A stretch of 53,586 nt of DNA from Saprolegnia diclina VS20. Taxonomy: Eukaryota. The notes below the pieces were generated by a model, which searched no databases, had not been told where the DNA came from, and worked only from the letters and a program-made list of their open reading frames with translations. Positions 13,989-26,088 of the stretch are shown here, piece after piece (the first letter of the stretch is position 1; every line of letters starts with the position of its first letter). The stretch covers positions 168,765-222,350 of the forward strand of contig NW_008246098.1 in NCBI RefSeq assembly GCF_000281045.1. Direction: 5' to 3'. The position numbers were made by a program, and so were the translations under genes.

Positions 13989-14394
13989 NNNNNNNNNNNN
14001 NNNNNNNNNNNNNNNNNNNNNNNNNNNNNNNNNNNNNNNNNNNNNNNNNNNNNNNNNNNNNNNNNNNNNNNNNNNNNNNNNNNNNNNNNNNNNNNNNNNN
14101 NNNNNNNNNNNNNNNNNNNNNNNNNNNNNNNNNNNNNNNNNNNNNNNNNNNNNNNNNNNNNNNNNNNNNNNNNNNNNNNNNNNNNNNNNNNNNNNNNNNN
14201 NNNNNNNNNNNNNNNNNNNNNNNNNNNNNNNNNNNNNNNNNNNNNNNNNNNNNNNNNNNNNNNNNNNNNNNNNNNNNNNNNNNNNNNNNNNNNNNNNNNN
14301 NNNNNNNNNNNNNNNNNNNNNNNNNNNNNNNNNNNNNNNNNNNNNNNNNNNNNNNNNNNNNNNNNNNNNNNNNNNNNNNNNNNNNNNNNNNNNN
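13989..14394. other. Assembly gap
   Basis: N run. Confidence 1.
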
Positions 14395-15556
14395 TCGTCG
14401 CTCGATTCGCGTATTATAATGCGTTCGCATTCTTCCGTTTCCCACAGCTGCCGACGCACCCATTTCTCTTGGGCGCAGGCTTGGGCGTAGGCGACATCGC
14501 AGATTTCGAGCGTCAGTGATTGAGACGGATATGATAAAAGCGTACTGGAAACGGCCTCGCTTCCGCACACGAGTCCGATGCGATATCCCTCGAGATCCCT
14601 GAAACCTTTTGAACAGCAGACACGTATCGCTTTGATTAAGCTCGTGTCCAAATCTTGTCGTTGCGGTCGCGTGCGGGGGTGTTCAAATCGATATCCGCAG
14701 AAGCTCACTCTGGGCCCATCGGTTTTGGGGAGAGCGATCCAACATTTATCCCAAAATACTAATCGTAGCGCTATGCGTCATAGATTGTTCGATGCGCAAT
14801 GCTCTTGCGCATCGTTGCGCACTATTGGCGCAGGGCTGCGACCTCTTCTACGGGAGATAGACCCTTGGACCCGGGCGCTCGACGTGCGCGCCGCCGTCCA
14901 TCATTTTATTCAAAAGTCATTATGTATTTAAAAAAAGTGCCATATATTTTTATTTGAAAAACCTCCGACGAGGTATGGAGAAGGTAAGCTTACCATGGAA
15001 AGGAGCGATCATCGATGACCACCCTTTGTTATTCCCATGGGTTCGACGCAGTTGTGCTCAATATTATTTACCGTTGGGGGTCGCAAAAAATAAACGGAAT
15101 TTAAATGTGTACCAATAACAGTGTGGTTGGATTATAATATCGCCTAGCATATAAAATACGACGGTCCCTTTCGATAAAAATATATCGAAGCCTCGCGTCA
15201 AGTCAAAGTGCAGTTCAGTTTGCCATTTGCCGACCAGCGCCGAACCCGAGATGAGAGTTCTTGGAATCCCCTGATGGACACCATGCTCTCGGGCCTGGAC
15301 GCGCAACCCAACCCATGGCACACTGATACTCGCTCGGTAGTCTAATACACAGTAGGTTCGATCGACCAAAAGTGCAGCGCACGCCGATATTGCGCGTGTG
15401 ATTGATTGGGCAGGTTTTTAGTGAGTGCGGCTCTTTTCCTGCCCCGGGTGCAAAACTTTTTCTTCTGTGGAGGTTTTTCACTCGAATGCGAGCTAAATCG
15501 TCGGAATACACGCGTCGTTTCCATCGCATCAACAATGCACTCACCATTTACATGTC

Positions 15557-16179
15557 NNNNNNNNNNNNNNNNNNNNNNNNNNNNNNNNNNNNNNNNNNNN
15601 NNNNNNNNNNNNNNNNNNNNNNNNNNNNNNNNNNNNNNNNNNNNNNNNNNNNNNNNNNNNNNNNNNNNNNNNNNNNNNNNNNNNNNNNNNNNNNNNNNNN
15701 NNNNNNNNNNNNNNNNNNNNNNNNNNNNNNNNNNNNNNNNNNNNNNNNNNNNNNNNNNNNNNNNNNNNNNNNNNNNNNNNNNNNNNNNNNNNNNNNNNNN
15801 NNNNNNNNNNNNNNNNNNNNNNNNNNNNNNNNNNNNNNNNNNNNNNNNNNNNNNNNNNNNNNNNNNNNNNNNNNNNNNNNNNNNNNNNNNNNNNNNNNNN
15901 NNNNNNNNNNNNNNNNNNNNNNNNNNNNNNNNNNNNNNNNNNNNNNNNNNNNNNNNNNNNNNNNNNNNNNNNNNNNNNNNNNNNNNNNNNNNNNNNNNNN
16001 NNNNNNNNNNNNNNNNNNNNNNNNNNNNNNNNNNNNNNNNNNNNNNNNNNNNNNNNNNNNNNNNNNNNNNNNNNNNNNNNNNNNNNNNNNNNNNNNNNNN
16101 NNNNNNNNNNNNNNNNNNNNNNNNNNNNNNNNNNNNNNNNNNNNNNNNNNNNNNNNNNNNNNNNNNNNNNNNNNNNNNN
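15557..16179. other. Assembly gap
   Basis: N run. Confidence 1.
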
Positions 16180-16239
16180 ACACGGGTGGCGGCTGGTAAG
16201 ACTCGATTGACCTAGCATTTTTGTTAACCGTAAACACGT
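16180..16239 (+). repeat. Imperfect inverted copy of ~13891-13957 (TGGGW-stop plus downstream sequence)
   Basis: acacgggtggcggctggtaagac...cctagcatttttgttaaccgtaaacacgt is the reverse complement, with indels, of acgtgtttacggttaacaaagatgctagg...gtcttaccagccgccacccgtgt. Confidence 0.9.
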
Positions 16240-16620
16240 GTGTACATTCTCTATTGGATGTCACTCGAGAGGCATGGGGTATTACTATACACTGGCGCGT
16301 TGCTTTGTCGTACGTTGCCGCAAATACGAAAACCGTTAGCAGGTTGTCTTCTAGTTGGATGCGATCAAACTCTCCTTCGGACGCGGTTTTGAAAATTTGA
16401 CTGTGCCGATCGTGGTCATAGGGTGCTACGCTGCATCTACATAAACAAAAGTGCAATACGATGGATCGGGGCTACAGTGGGAGCGCGTGGCGGTCGTGGA
16501 CAGCGCGCCTGATCCAGCGTGAGTCGCGCCTCACTGCGGCGACCGGTCTAAAATTTCAGATTTTGATGTGTCGGGAGGTCACAGCAGTCACTTTGCTTTT
16601 GGCCACAAAACGCACACGAG

Positions 16621-16884
16621 ATGCCTCGCCAAATGACGCCGACGCAGATCGAAGCCCACCGCCGACGCTACCAAAAGTACTATGCAAACAAGCGCGACCA
16701 GATCTTGGCCAAGGTCCGTGAGCGCTACGCCGAGAACCGCGAGAAGGAGCAGGACCGCCAGCGGGACAAGTACCTCCGTCGAAAGGCCCAGAAGGCGCGG
16801 CGAACGGGCGCGCTGAGCCTCAAGTTTATCCTCAAAGACACCGCGGCGCCCAACCGGCTCAGTGTGCAGTTTCTGTTGAATTAG
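16621..16884 (+). CDS. Small basic helical protein (87 aa), putative nuclear regulator
   Basis: Clean ORF with GC3-rich codons, Arg/Lys/Tyr-rich helical repeats, C-terminal LSLKFIL and LSVQFLLN. Confidence 0.75.
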   Translation: MPRQMTPTQIEAHRRRYQKYYANKRDQILAKVRERYAENREKEQDRQRDKYLRRKAQKARRTGALSLKFILKDTAAPNRLSVQFLLN

Positions 16885-17741
16885 CCAAGGAGTCGGAGAG
16901 GACGCATTATATTTTTGTCCTCGTGTATAGTACTATCGTAACCACGACATTAGATAAGTGTGGAAGAATCAATTCGTTGTTCATGCCTCGCTCGTGGCTA
17001 TCAGTTCGTTGTTGCATCACTGAAGAGCAATGCTAATGTGGCGAAGCCAGCCCCAGTCCGAAACAAGAGCCAATAAACCCATGACGAAAGCACCTCGAGG
17101 TCAACGCACGAGGTCGCGATGTCGGACGCACTAGTAGAGCAAGACGCTCAGCGTGTTTCTTGTCCCCAGAAGCTCCTATTTGGTGCTTGTAGTAGAGCCC
17201 AGCCACCACGGACAATTTTGTCGCGCCCTTTCGATGCCTATTGCGTAAACCCACCGCATGCATGCGAGGTTGGAAGGACGTGCATAGACAGACAGTGGAC
17301 ATGTTTGGTTGTTGTCCAAGGTGTCGATTTGAGTTTTGACGTATTTTGTGCTAGACATTTCTTGTCCGACTGCGCTAGTATTGCTCATCGACGAGGTGAC
17401 GGCGACACTAGTCCCTTGGTGTCCAAAAACTGTGGGTTTGGTCCATATATATTGCCCTTGACAGAATTTGTCATGCTCGCGCCCGCCACGCGTGCTGTAC
17501 AAGCAGAATCCCACCCTGTATCCCACACTTTTGTGCGTTCAACAATCTGATTAAATCAGACTGTTGACATCTGCATCAAATTTTGATGCATTTGTGATAA
17601 TTACGTGATTATCAGTCCAACCATGCTACGGTAAACATGCTTCGTTCAAGATTCTGGGTGCAAGGCGTAGTCGCAATAATACTAGCCAGCGGTATCAGTT
17701 ATTAGCTCATTCAGCATTTAAACTAGGAGAGCGTCCGATGA

Positions 17742-19247
17742 TTAGGGATGCACGACCGCACGGAGCTCGTCCACGAGCGTCTGCACGGTCGCCAACGTCA
17801 CGTTGTGGTTCATAAAGCACGCGCGCGCAGTCGCGTACTTGACGCCGTCCGCTGTCGTGTACGTGGCCATCGACAAAAACACTGCGCGGCGGGCGTTGAC
17901 GGCGGCGAGGAGCGCGTCCGTCGCTGCGTTCACCGTGTCGGCGTCGCCTGGCACGCTGGCGCGGAAATTCACAACATTGAGATCGCCGGGCGCGAGTTCG
18001 AGACCGCGAATGGCCGCAATGTCGCGGCGGGCTGCGGCGGCCACGTCGAGCACATGGTCAAAGTGGGCACGCCACGTGTCGAGGCCGTGCAGTTTGAGGA
18101 GCCACCACACTTTGAGGCCCTTGCACGCGCGCGAGAGGTCGGGGCTGCAGTCGGCAAACGTGATCAAATCCAAATCAAACTCGTCTTGCGTGCCAATGCC
18201 AAAGCGGGAATTGACGTCCTTGTCCGTCTTTTTGATGTACTCCATGTCGTCGTTGGCGCTGAACCCGTTGATCAAGTCGTCCTTCTCCTTTACGAGCAGC
18301 ATCGAGGTTGCGTACGGCAGCGCCATGCCCTTGTGAAAGTCGAGCGAGATCGAGTCCGCGCGGTGCACGCCGTCCATGCTTGCTTTGCCGCGCTCGGTGA
18401 GCAAGAAGAAACCTCCGAGCGCGCCGTCGCAGTGCAAGTGGCAGCCGTACGCGTCGGCGAGGTCGGCCATCCCGTGAAGGTCGTCGACCGCACCGAGCGA
18501 CGTCGTGCCGAGGCTTGCGACCATCAAAAATGGCACGAGGCCATTTTCGACATCGGCCGCGAGCGCCGCCGCGAGCGCATCAAGGCGCAGTCGGCCGGTC
18601 GCGTCGACCGGCAGCTGCCGCACATGTTCGGGAAGGATGCCCGCCATTCGGGCGCCCCGCGCATTGCAGAAATGCGCGCCGGACGAGAGGTACACGGTGC
18701 CAAGTGCAATGTCGCGGTTGCGCGGAAATTTCTTGACGCGCGCGATCACCGCCGCGTCAAAGTTGGCGCCGCTCGCGCCCTGCGTAAAGATGCCGAGTGA
18801 CGACTCGCGTGCGTACCCGACGAGGTCGCAGAACCAGTGGACCACGTTCATCTCGAGGCGCTGGATCAGCGGCGCTTTCGACCACGCAATCGTGGTCGGG
18901 TCCACCGCGTTGATGTAAAAGTCGAGCACGTTGGCTTGGGGCAGGACGCCGCCGAGGACGTACGCGAGGAACGTGTCCGTGTTGGCGTTGAAGCCGCTGG
19001 CGACGCCAACGAGATTGGTCTGCAGAAACGATAGAAGCGACGTCATGTCGGCGCCGTGCGCCGGTGCGGTTGGCTCGTCAAACGCGAGCGACGCTTGCAC
19101 GAGCGGCGACGTCGTTGACAGCGTGAGGTCCCCCCGCGCGTCCGCGGGCTCGGTCGCAAACGTCTTTTGGTGCGCGAGCCCCAGCTTGACGGACGCGATG
19201 GCCGCAGCTTCGACGACCGCCGGGTCCAAGTGCAGTGGAGAAGCCAT
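17742..19247 (-). CDS. Group II PLP-dependent amino acid decarboxylase, intronless
   Basis: 501-aa ORF: GTTSLGAVD, HLHCDGALGG, ADSISLDFHK (PLP lysine), SRACKGLKVW. Confidence 0.92.
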   Translation of the reverse strand: MASPLHLDPAVVEAAAIASVKLGLAHQKTFATEPADARGDLTLSTTSPLVQASLAFDEPTAPAHGADMTSLLSFLQTNLVGVASGFNANTDTFLAYVLGGVLPQANVLDFYINAVDPTTIAWSKAPLIQRLEMNVVHWFCDLVGYARESSLGIFTQGASGANFDAAVIARVKKFPRNRDIALGTVYLSSGAHFCNARGARMAGILPEHVRQLPVDATGRLRLDALAAALAADVENGLVPFLMVASLGTTSLGAVDDLHGMADLADAYGCHLHCDGALGGFFLLTERGKASMDGVHRADSISLDFHKGMALPYATSMLLVKEKDDLINGFSANDDMEYIKKTDKDVNSRFGIGTQDEFDLDLITFADCSPDLSRACKGLKVWWLLKLHGLDTWRAHFDHVLDVAAAARRDIAAIRGLELAPGDLNVVNFRASVPGDADTVNAATDALLAAVNARRAVFLSMATYTTADGVKYATARACFMNHNVTLATVQTLVDELRAVVHP

Positions 19248-19924
19248 GCGTCGTGGCTGTTGAAAAAGAGGAAATGCCGAGGGATGGCGTCGGATTTGGA
19301 GTGTATACTACGGTTTACGCCCGAACGCGATCGGTCAACTCCGACCGAACCCACGGAGAGCGGCTCTCAGATGGGTGATCGTCCATAATGGTGTGCATAC
19401 TGGGACGAAGAGTACAGTAAACCCAATGCTCGAAGTGGACCAGGAAGGCACCATGTGTTGCAGCGTGGACGTGGTTTGTCCACGCTGGGAGAAGACAACG
19501 TCAGTTGAAGCTGCATGGCAGCGCGCGGCCCAAGACGCACAATGCTACAGTCGACCGATACCTGGAGCCCAGCTGCTGCAATTCGATGCGACTTGCTAGT
19601 TGCATGCTAGTTGGTGGTCAGTACGTCCTTGGTACACTAATCACTCGTGGGGCAAAGATACTACGAACGTCCAATCACCATGCAACGACCGGAAAGATCC
19701 CACGGGTGTGTCCTCAAACAAAAGTTTAGAAACCGAGTTTATCGAGGATTTCGAATGCTTACTGTACTAGCGATCGACGGTAATGGTAACTTTGTATTGA
19801 CCCTAGTCTTTACGGACACTGTAGTAGGGGTGGGTACCCTGCCTAGATTCCACGACTCTACGAGCCCCGTGTCGCCCGTGATACTCCTTAACCAAACAAA
19901 TGGACTTGCGGATCTCTATCTGTC

Positions 19925-21654
19925 TTAAGCAATGTACAAGGTCGAGTCGTTCTCGAGGGTGAGGAGCGCCGCCGTGTCGGCAATCAACGTCCCGTGCGCC
20001 GTGCGAAACTGCTGCTTTGACTTCATCTGGCACTTGGCTTTGGCCGCCGCACGGAGCTTCTCGATCGTAATTTCGGGCAACAGCAGCGTCTTGAGTTTCT
20101 TGTCTTTAGCCAGCACAAGCCGCAAGTTGGTCCGCACCTAATTCCACATAGCAATTTAGCAATTTAGCAATTTAGAAATTTAGCAATGTAGCAATGTAGC
20201 AAAATATAAGAAACACAAAACGTACCGGCGGGTCGAGCGAGAGACCTGACATTGCGTCCAAGAGCACCGCGCGGTAGGCGCCGTCGACGAGCGCTTGCAC
20301 GTGGCGCTCGGCACAGCGCGCAAGAGCACGCAAATGGTACCCTATTTTGACACAACATCTCACTTTTTGACGTGAATATGAAACAGCGTACCCCCTTCCA
20401 GGCTCGCGACGATACGGCCGTCGCAGCATTCCCACGCCAAGATGGTAAGGCGCTGGGTCATCCAGTAAAAGTCCTCGTCCGTGAGCTTCATTTCCGCGAG
20501 CGGATCGTCCTGTGCGACATGTCCACTTGAGAGATTGATAGTTCGGACTGCATTGTCCTACCTCGTGGGCATCAAACCCCGCGCTGATGAGCACCAGCTG
20601 CGGTGCAAACGCGCGCAGCTGGGCTTCGACCTACACAGCTCCGTCATCTCCTCCGTATCTTGACAAGGTCGTCGTGCGTACTTGGTCGAGGAAAGCGTGC
20701 CGGAAGGCGTACGAACTGGTGCCCGCGGCCATCGGAACGTTCCACACGTGCGCGGAATTCTCATTTGCGTGGCCCGTATGCGGGAAGAACGGTGCTTGGT
20801 GCGTCGAGACGTACAGGAGCTCGGGCGTCGTCGTCGCCTTGGTCTACGCACTCATAGTCAGTTTTATCAAAACCAAAGGTGATGCTACCTGCGTGCCGTT
20901 GCCGTGGTGCACGTCAAAGTCGACGATCGCGACGCGCGTGAGCCTGTGCTGCGCGACCGCGTGCATGGCCGCCACGCCAACGTTGTTGAAGTAGCAGAAC
21001 CCCATGGCTTTGAAAGGCTCGGCGTGGTGCCCCGGTGGACGGACCTACGCTTTTGTCAATATGCAAAAAGTTATATAGAAAGCAGCTAGCGTACCGCGCA
21101 AAACGCGTTGGTGAAGTCGCCGGACAGCACAGCGTCAACACCGGCGATCGTGGCACCGGCAGCCTTGAGCGCCGCCTCGCGCGTGTACCGCATGAGCGTC
21201 GTGTCGGCGTCAACATCGACGTTTTCAAACGACTTGAGTACATTGCGGCGTTCTGGTAGAATGCATTCGACCAAAGTAGTGCAAAGAAGAGTCGTCGTTG
21301 TACCTTGGGTCTCGTCCGACTCGCGGAGGGTGTCGAGCTCGACCATGCAGCGCTCGATCTTGCTGCACCACTGCAGCACTGACTGCACGTGGCTACTTGT
21401 GTGGAAGCGCTCGAGCTGCTCCACGGTGGCTGCCGGCGACGTCGTCCAGTGCGGAAGCGTCGGGAAGGACGTGGCGAGCTGATCGAGGACCACTTGGACG
21501 CTAGCACATGTCGTTGAACGGACAAGCCGACGCGCGCGAGGCAAACGTACCGCTCTGGGCGCTCGGGATGTCCACGCACGTGGTGCTTGACGCAGGCGGG
21601 GTCGCTCAGGAGCAGCGTCCGAGGGCGAGGAACGTCGTCGGCCTCGGTCACCAT
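19925..21654 (-). CDS. Zn-dependent histone deacetylase family protein (class II / HDAH-like), multi-exon
   Basis: [50 protein letters not shown] motifs across exons; extra C-terminal exon. Confidence 0.9.
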
Positions 21655-22058
21655 CGGGCTTCTCGTGTCGCGAGTGTCACAAACCAACGCGGGAGCCAAT
21701 CACAGCACCGGGCGTATTTCCGGAGCCGGTAAAGGCCGTCGAATTCGCTTACATAAGTACAGATGACCACTCAGCCCTTGTTCGTGAACGGCACGTGGCA
21801 TGATCACGCTACCGTCTCCACTGAATTCATTTAAAGCAGACAACTTGTACACAGAATCCTAGGATTCATTCTCGGCACCGTTTTGGACCTACACAGAGGG
21901 GGTCTCCAGTGGAGAAAATGCGATAAGTGTATAATAGTAACAACGCACTAGTAATACTCGTACGCGCGGTGCTACTAGGGCTAGGTGATGTAGGACCATT
22001 AACGTACTAGTAGTACATATGTACGCCCTGTATTTCAATGTCTTATGAGGCTGCAGCT

Positions 22059-24072
22059 TTAGACCGACACGCTGAATTCGTCGGTCGGCCGTGGTTCGCG
22101 CGCCAAGTAGCGCTGTGGCTCCTCGGGCGGTGTCGTCGGCACCGCGGTCGTGACGTCGTCCTTGCTTGGTCGGCGCTGGATAAGCTTCGTACTCAACTGG
22201 TGCTTGCGACCGAGAGGGACATACCCGCCGCTGCTCGCCGACTCCAACTGCGCGTTCTTGAGGCGCTCCGCCGCCACGGCCGCGTTCTTCAACATGTAAT
22301 CGGGCATGAGCCCCTTGGCGACAATGCGGGCTTTAGCCGCCAAATTAGAGACTGGCTTTGACATGATGGGGACGGTTGGCCGTGGGATCGCTGCCGGCTG
22401 GTTCTTCCCCAACACTGTCGCGGTACGGCTTGGTGGCGCATCCCAGCCTGCAGGCAGCATTACGGGCGGCTTGATTTTCTGGCGCCTCGACCTTGGTGAC
22501 ATTGACCGTGTGTTGCTGAGCGTCGGAGTGTCCAGCCGGGCTCGATCTGTGGGTCGTTGGGTTGGCCGACGATTGATTGCATTTGGCGGGTTGAAGATCG
22601 CAGCAGTGTACTTTGAGTTCGAATGCGGACGTTCATTTTGGCTCGGTGTCGGCTTGCTGCTCGCTTGCTTCCTTGGAATAACAAACTCGGTGTCCATGTC
22701 CCGGGGCGACACGAGCGGAGGCGCCACGTGGTCCCTTGGCGTGCTCGCCTTGGGCGAAGCATTGGGCGTTCGCGATTTGAGTTGACGCACGTTACTGCGC
22801 GGCCGTGTCAGCTCTGGCACATTTGGCGTCTTCTTGAGGCGCTTGGGCTTCAACACGGGTGATGACGGCGGGGTGTACTCGGCTCGCTTGGCCATTTTTG
22901 GTCTCCGCGCCGTATCCTCGGATTTTGTCTCGAGAAACGTCGACGCTGCCTTCGTTGAGCGCCGGTCCTTCTTATGACGGACGTGGCAGTGGTGCCGTCG
23001 GTTCTTGTCAACCGGCCGCAACACCTTGGCGGCCAGCTCGTCCTTGACCGCCCTCGGATCCCGTGTTTTCTCGTCGTCGGAGGAGGATGACGCGCCTTGT
23101 TCGCTCGTGTTTTCGTCTTCGGACGATGACGCGTCACGTGTCCGTGGAGACTCAGACTCGGACAAGGCGGGCGGCGGAAGAGGCAGCGTTCGTCCGGCCT
23201 TATTCAGTCGGCGCGGCTTGGCTTTGGTCAGCCGTGTGAACTGCTTGTGTGGTGGTGACACGTCGCTCTCGGACGCACTCCACTCGACTATGCTGTGCTC
23301 CGGCAGTGCGACGTCGGTCGCTGGCGCGGGTGAAGCCACTGGCGGCATTGCAGTCGCTGTAGCTGGTGCCGCTAGCGCAACGCTGGCCACCGGAGTCGCT
23401 GGCGGAGGCTTGTACGCGGCCGGCGCAGGCGGCAACTCGTCGACAGGCGCCAGCGATGGCGGCAACCGAGGCGGGTGTTCGGTTTTGATGGGCGTCTCGT
23501 CGTCCGAGAGGGTGAGATCGATGCAATCGTCGGGCGGTTCGACCTTGACGACGACGGGTTCGTACGGGTTCGCGCGGATGTAGTCTTCGGAGACGTGTTC
23601 ACGCAGGCCATTGTCGTAAGCGACTTCAAACACGTTCCACTCCGAGATATGTTGCTGGACGACGCCACGAACCAGCGTCGAGCCGAAGAGCTTGACGACG
23701 AACGTCCCGACCAGCGGATGGTGCACGACCGGCGTCGTCGGCATAAGCATGGACATCCGGTTGAGGTTGAGCACTTCGTCGCGTGGCAGGTTCATGACAA
23801 GGCCCGTGACGAAGCGGACCTATGCCCAGAGGTGAGCGAGGCGAGCGGCGAGCGGCGACGCACCTCGTAGCGCTGCTCCTTGGCGTCGTAGGCGACGACG
23901 TCGCCAGCATGGGGCACAAGGACCTTGATGCCCACGAGGCCACCCGTGTCATGGACCCTACGGAAGCATGAGCCATGCTGATACATGAGCTGGCAGCATC
24001 TACGTCGACATGGCGATGGCGGCGCTTCTTTGGCAGAGACAGGTCGGGAATCTCCCTTGCTACAACGGGCAT
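22059..24072 (-). CDS. Hypothetical nuclear protein: N-terminal Tudor-like domain(s) and long disordered tail
   Basis: 578-aa terminal ORF with LVGTFVVKLFGSTLVRGVVQQH..FEVAYDNG; upstream exon LVGIKVLVPHAGDVVAYD..QRYE. Start codon uncertain (24072 or 24099). Confidence 0.7.
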
Positions 24073-25701
24073 TGCTACTCCACTCGAAGAAAAATTCATT
24101 CTGTACAATATACAAAAGCTGGCAAAGAGGGAATTTTCTCGTCCGGATACAAAAGCCCAAGACGAGCCAGCGGAGCGGCCATTATCCGGATAAGTTGAAG
24201 TTGCGTATCTTTGGATCCAAGCTCTCGGGAAACGGCGGGTTTCAGCCATTTTGTGTCGGCTCCTTACACGTTTTTAGCCATTTGGGCTATATAGCGCAAA
24301 TTCGCTCGCATCTATGAGATGAAAGGTTTTATGTGAGCTTTATGTTGTAAGAGCGGCTATCGAGCACAATGAAAATAACTGCAAACGACAAACGCAGACA
24401 ATAGAGGGCCTTCGACAAGTGCTCGGATACTTGCTGACGATTTCGTAAAATATTTGATATTGAATGGATGCTCACTGTAGGGCTGCGCCGAGGAAGCCCA
24501 ACAAGGTGACTTCTTCTTCTTCCTCCTAACAACTTTAAGACTGCCCCGATCGACCACGAGCAACTTCGTCGACCGACAAAGAAACCAACCATGCGCTCAA
24601 GCAATCTTCACAGTTCCAGCTACTTGGATACCATTCATGTGCTTCCATAAAGCTGCTTCTTCTGAAGATGCGTATTCATATATTTCTGGGCCAGCGACGT
24701 CAGCAACCGTGCTTGGGAGAACACTCAAGCCGATGCCATTCGAATTTCATATTGAGCGTAATAGTATTCGCTGTGAGCTAGCTCGGACCAACGCAGTTGC
24801 GAGCTTGTTCGTGCACTAAAGGACTTCAAGAACGCCGCAAACGTGGCACGCTCGAGCTACTGCAACCATAAGCTCAACCAATACTGAGTATACTGAGTGC
24901 GACTGATTGGCGTGTCAGCAGCGACGCCTTGTCACGAAGAAGGCGCCTCGTCCCGCGCACTGTCCCGTGCCGAGACACAGTGCGCTCCTCAACAAGTTGC
25001 AAGTTGAGTCCTGTGGGAGGTTTCAGATCCTGTGGGAGGTTTCAGCTGCGGCGTCGGTGGTCCTTCACGCCGCTTGAAGAAATCCGAGTGCGGACTAGCA
25101 AGCGCCTTGGCTGGTGCTTTGAGGAAGCCTTGCGGCAAGCGACATCGTCGTGCGTGCATGCGATGCCACACAGCGAGCCTGTCGCGTCGCAAAGACACAC
25201 GTGGCTTGCAGGCAACGGGGCATACAAACTCCAAGCTTCGTCACAGTACTCGGCGCACGGCTTTGGACTAAGAAACGCAGAGGTGCATCGATGGAGGCGC
25301 AGGTGCGCTGACCAGATGCCGAAATATCGAACCGTTGGACGCGCGCTACAATTTGCACTTGTGTGGCAACATTCGATAAAATGGACCAATCCGATTCATG
25401 GATCGGATGTATTTTAGCCAATCAAACGCCTTGACCGTGGCGGCGCAGCGACGCCATGGCACACGGGCTGGCGCCGTGGGACCGCCAAGAACCAAGGACA
25501 CGCGAACCGACGACTGGTTGCCGACTGCCGACGCCATGGATGCGACCACGTCCTCGTCAATAATATGGTAGAGGAAAACAGAGGAGGATAAATAAGGGAT
25601 GGATTAGGTACGGCGAAGGGGACGTGATGATGCGCTATCGATCGGTGGCTCGACGACAAAGACTACTAAACTACAAACTACTACAGCTACGGAAGGCGCA
25701 C

Positions 25702-26088
25702 TTAGAGCTCGAGCAAAAAGATGTCGTCGGCGTCGTCGTCGGCCGCACGCGTCGCCATCGCCGACGGCAAGAGAGCGTCATCATCGTCGTCGTCGGCATA
25801 TGCGACGCGGCGGCGCATGCGCAGATCGCGGTCTTCGTAGCTCTCCATGGAGCACGTTCGCCGGCGGCGGTAGTCGATCTCAATCGGCTGCGAGTACGTG
25901 CTGAAGAAGAAGCCGTCAATGTCGTCGGCGGCGACAGGCGACGCGAGACCGGTCGTGCTCTCGTCGTCGTAGGCAAACACGTCGACGTAGCTCGAGGTCG
26001 GTTTATGGAGCGTCTGCTTGAAGAGCGTCTTGAACTCCTCGTCGAACGAGTCGGCGTCGAGGAGCGTACGCGGCGCGGGCGACGCCAT
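25702..26088 (-). CDS. Small acidic disordered protein (128 aa)
   Basis: Single ORF with GC3-biased codons, ending DDIFLLEL. Confidence 0.75.
   Translation of the reverse strand: MASPAPRTLLDADSFDEEFKTLFKQTLHKPTSSYVDVFAYDDESTTGLASPVAADDIDGFFFSTYSQPIEIDYRRRRTCSMESYEDRDLRMRRRVAYADDDDDDALLPSAMATRAADDDADDIFLLEL

Noticed and set aside
14395..15556. Possible transposase between the inverted repeats
   Set aside because: No DDE or other recognisable domain; AT-rich and intergenic-like. ORFs spanning N runs are artefacts.
20148..20202. (TAGCAATT)n repeat
   Set aside because: Simple intronic minisatellite in the HDAC gene; no spacers, not CRISPR.
25009..25047. Short tandem duplication tcctgtgggaggtttcag
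   Set aside because: Two copies only; ordinary slippage.
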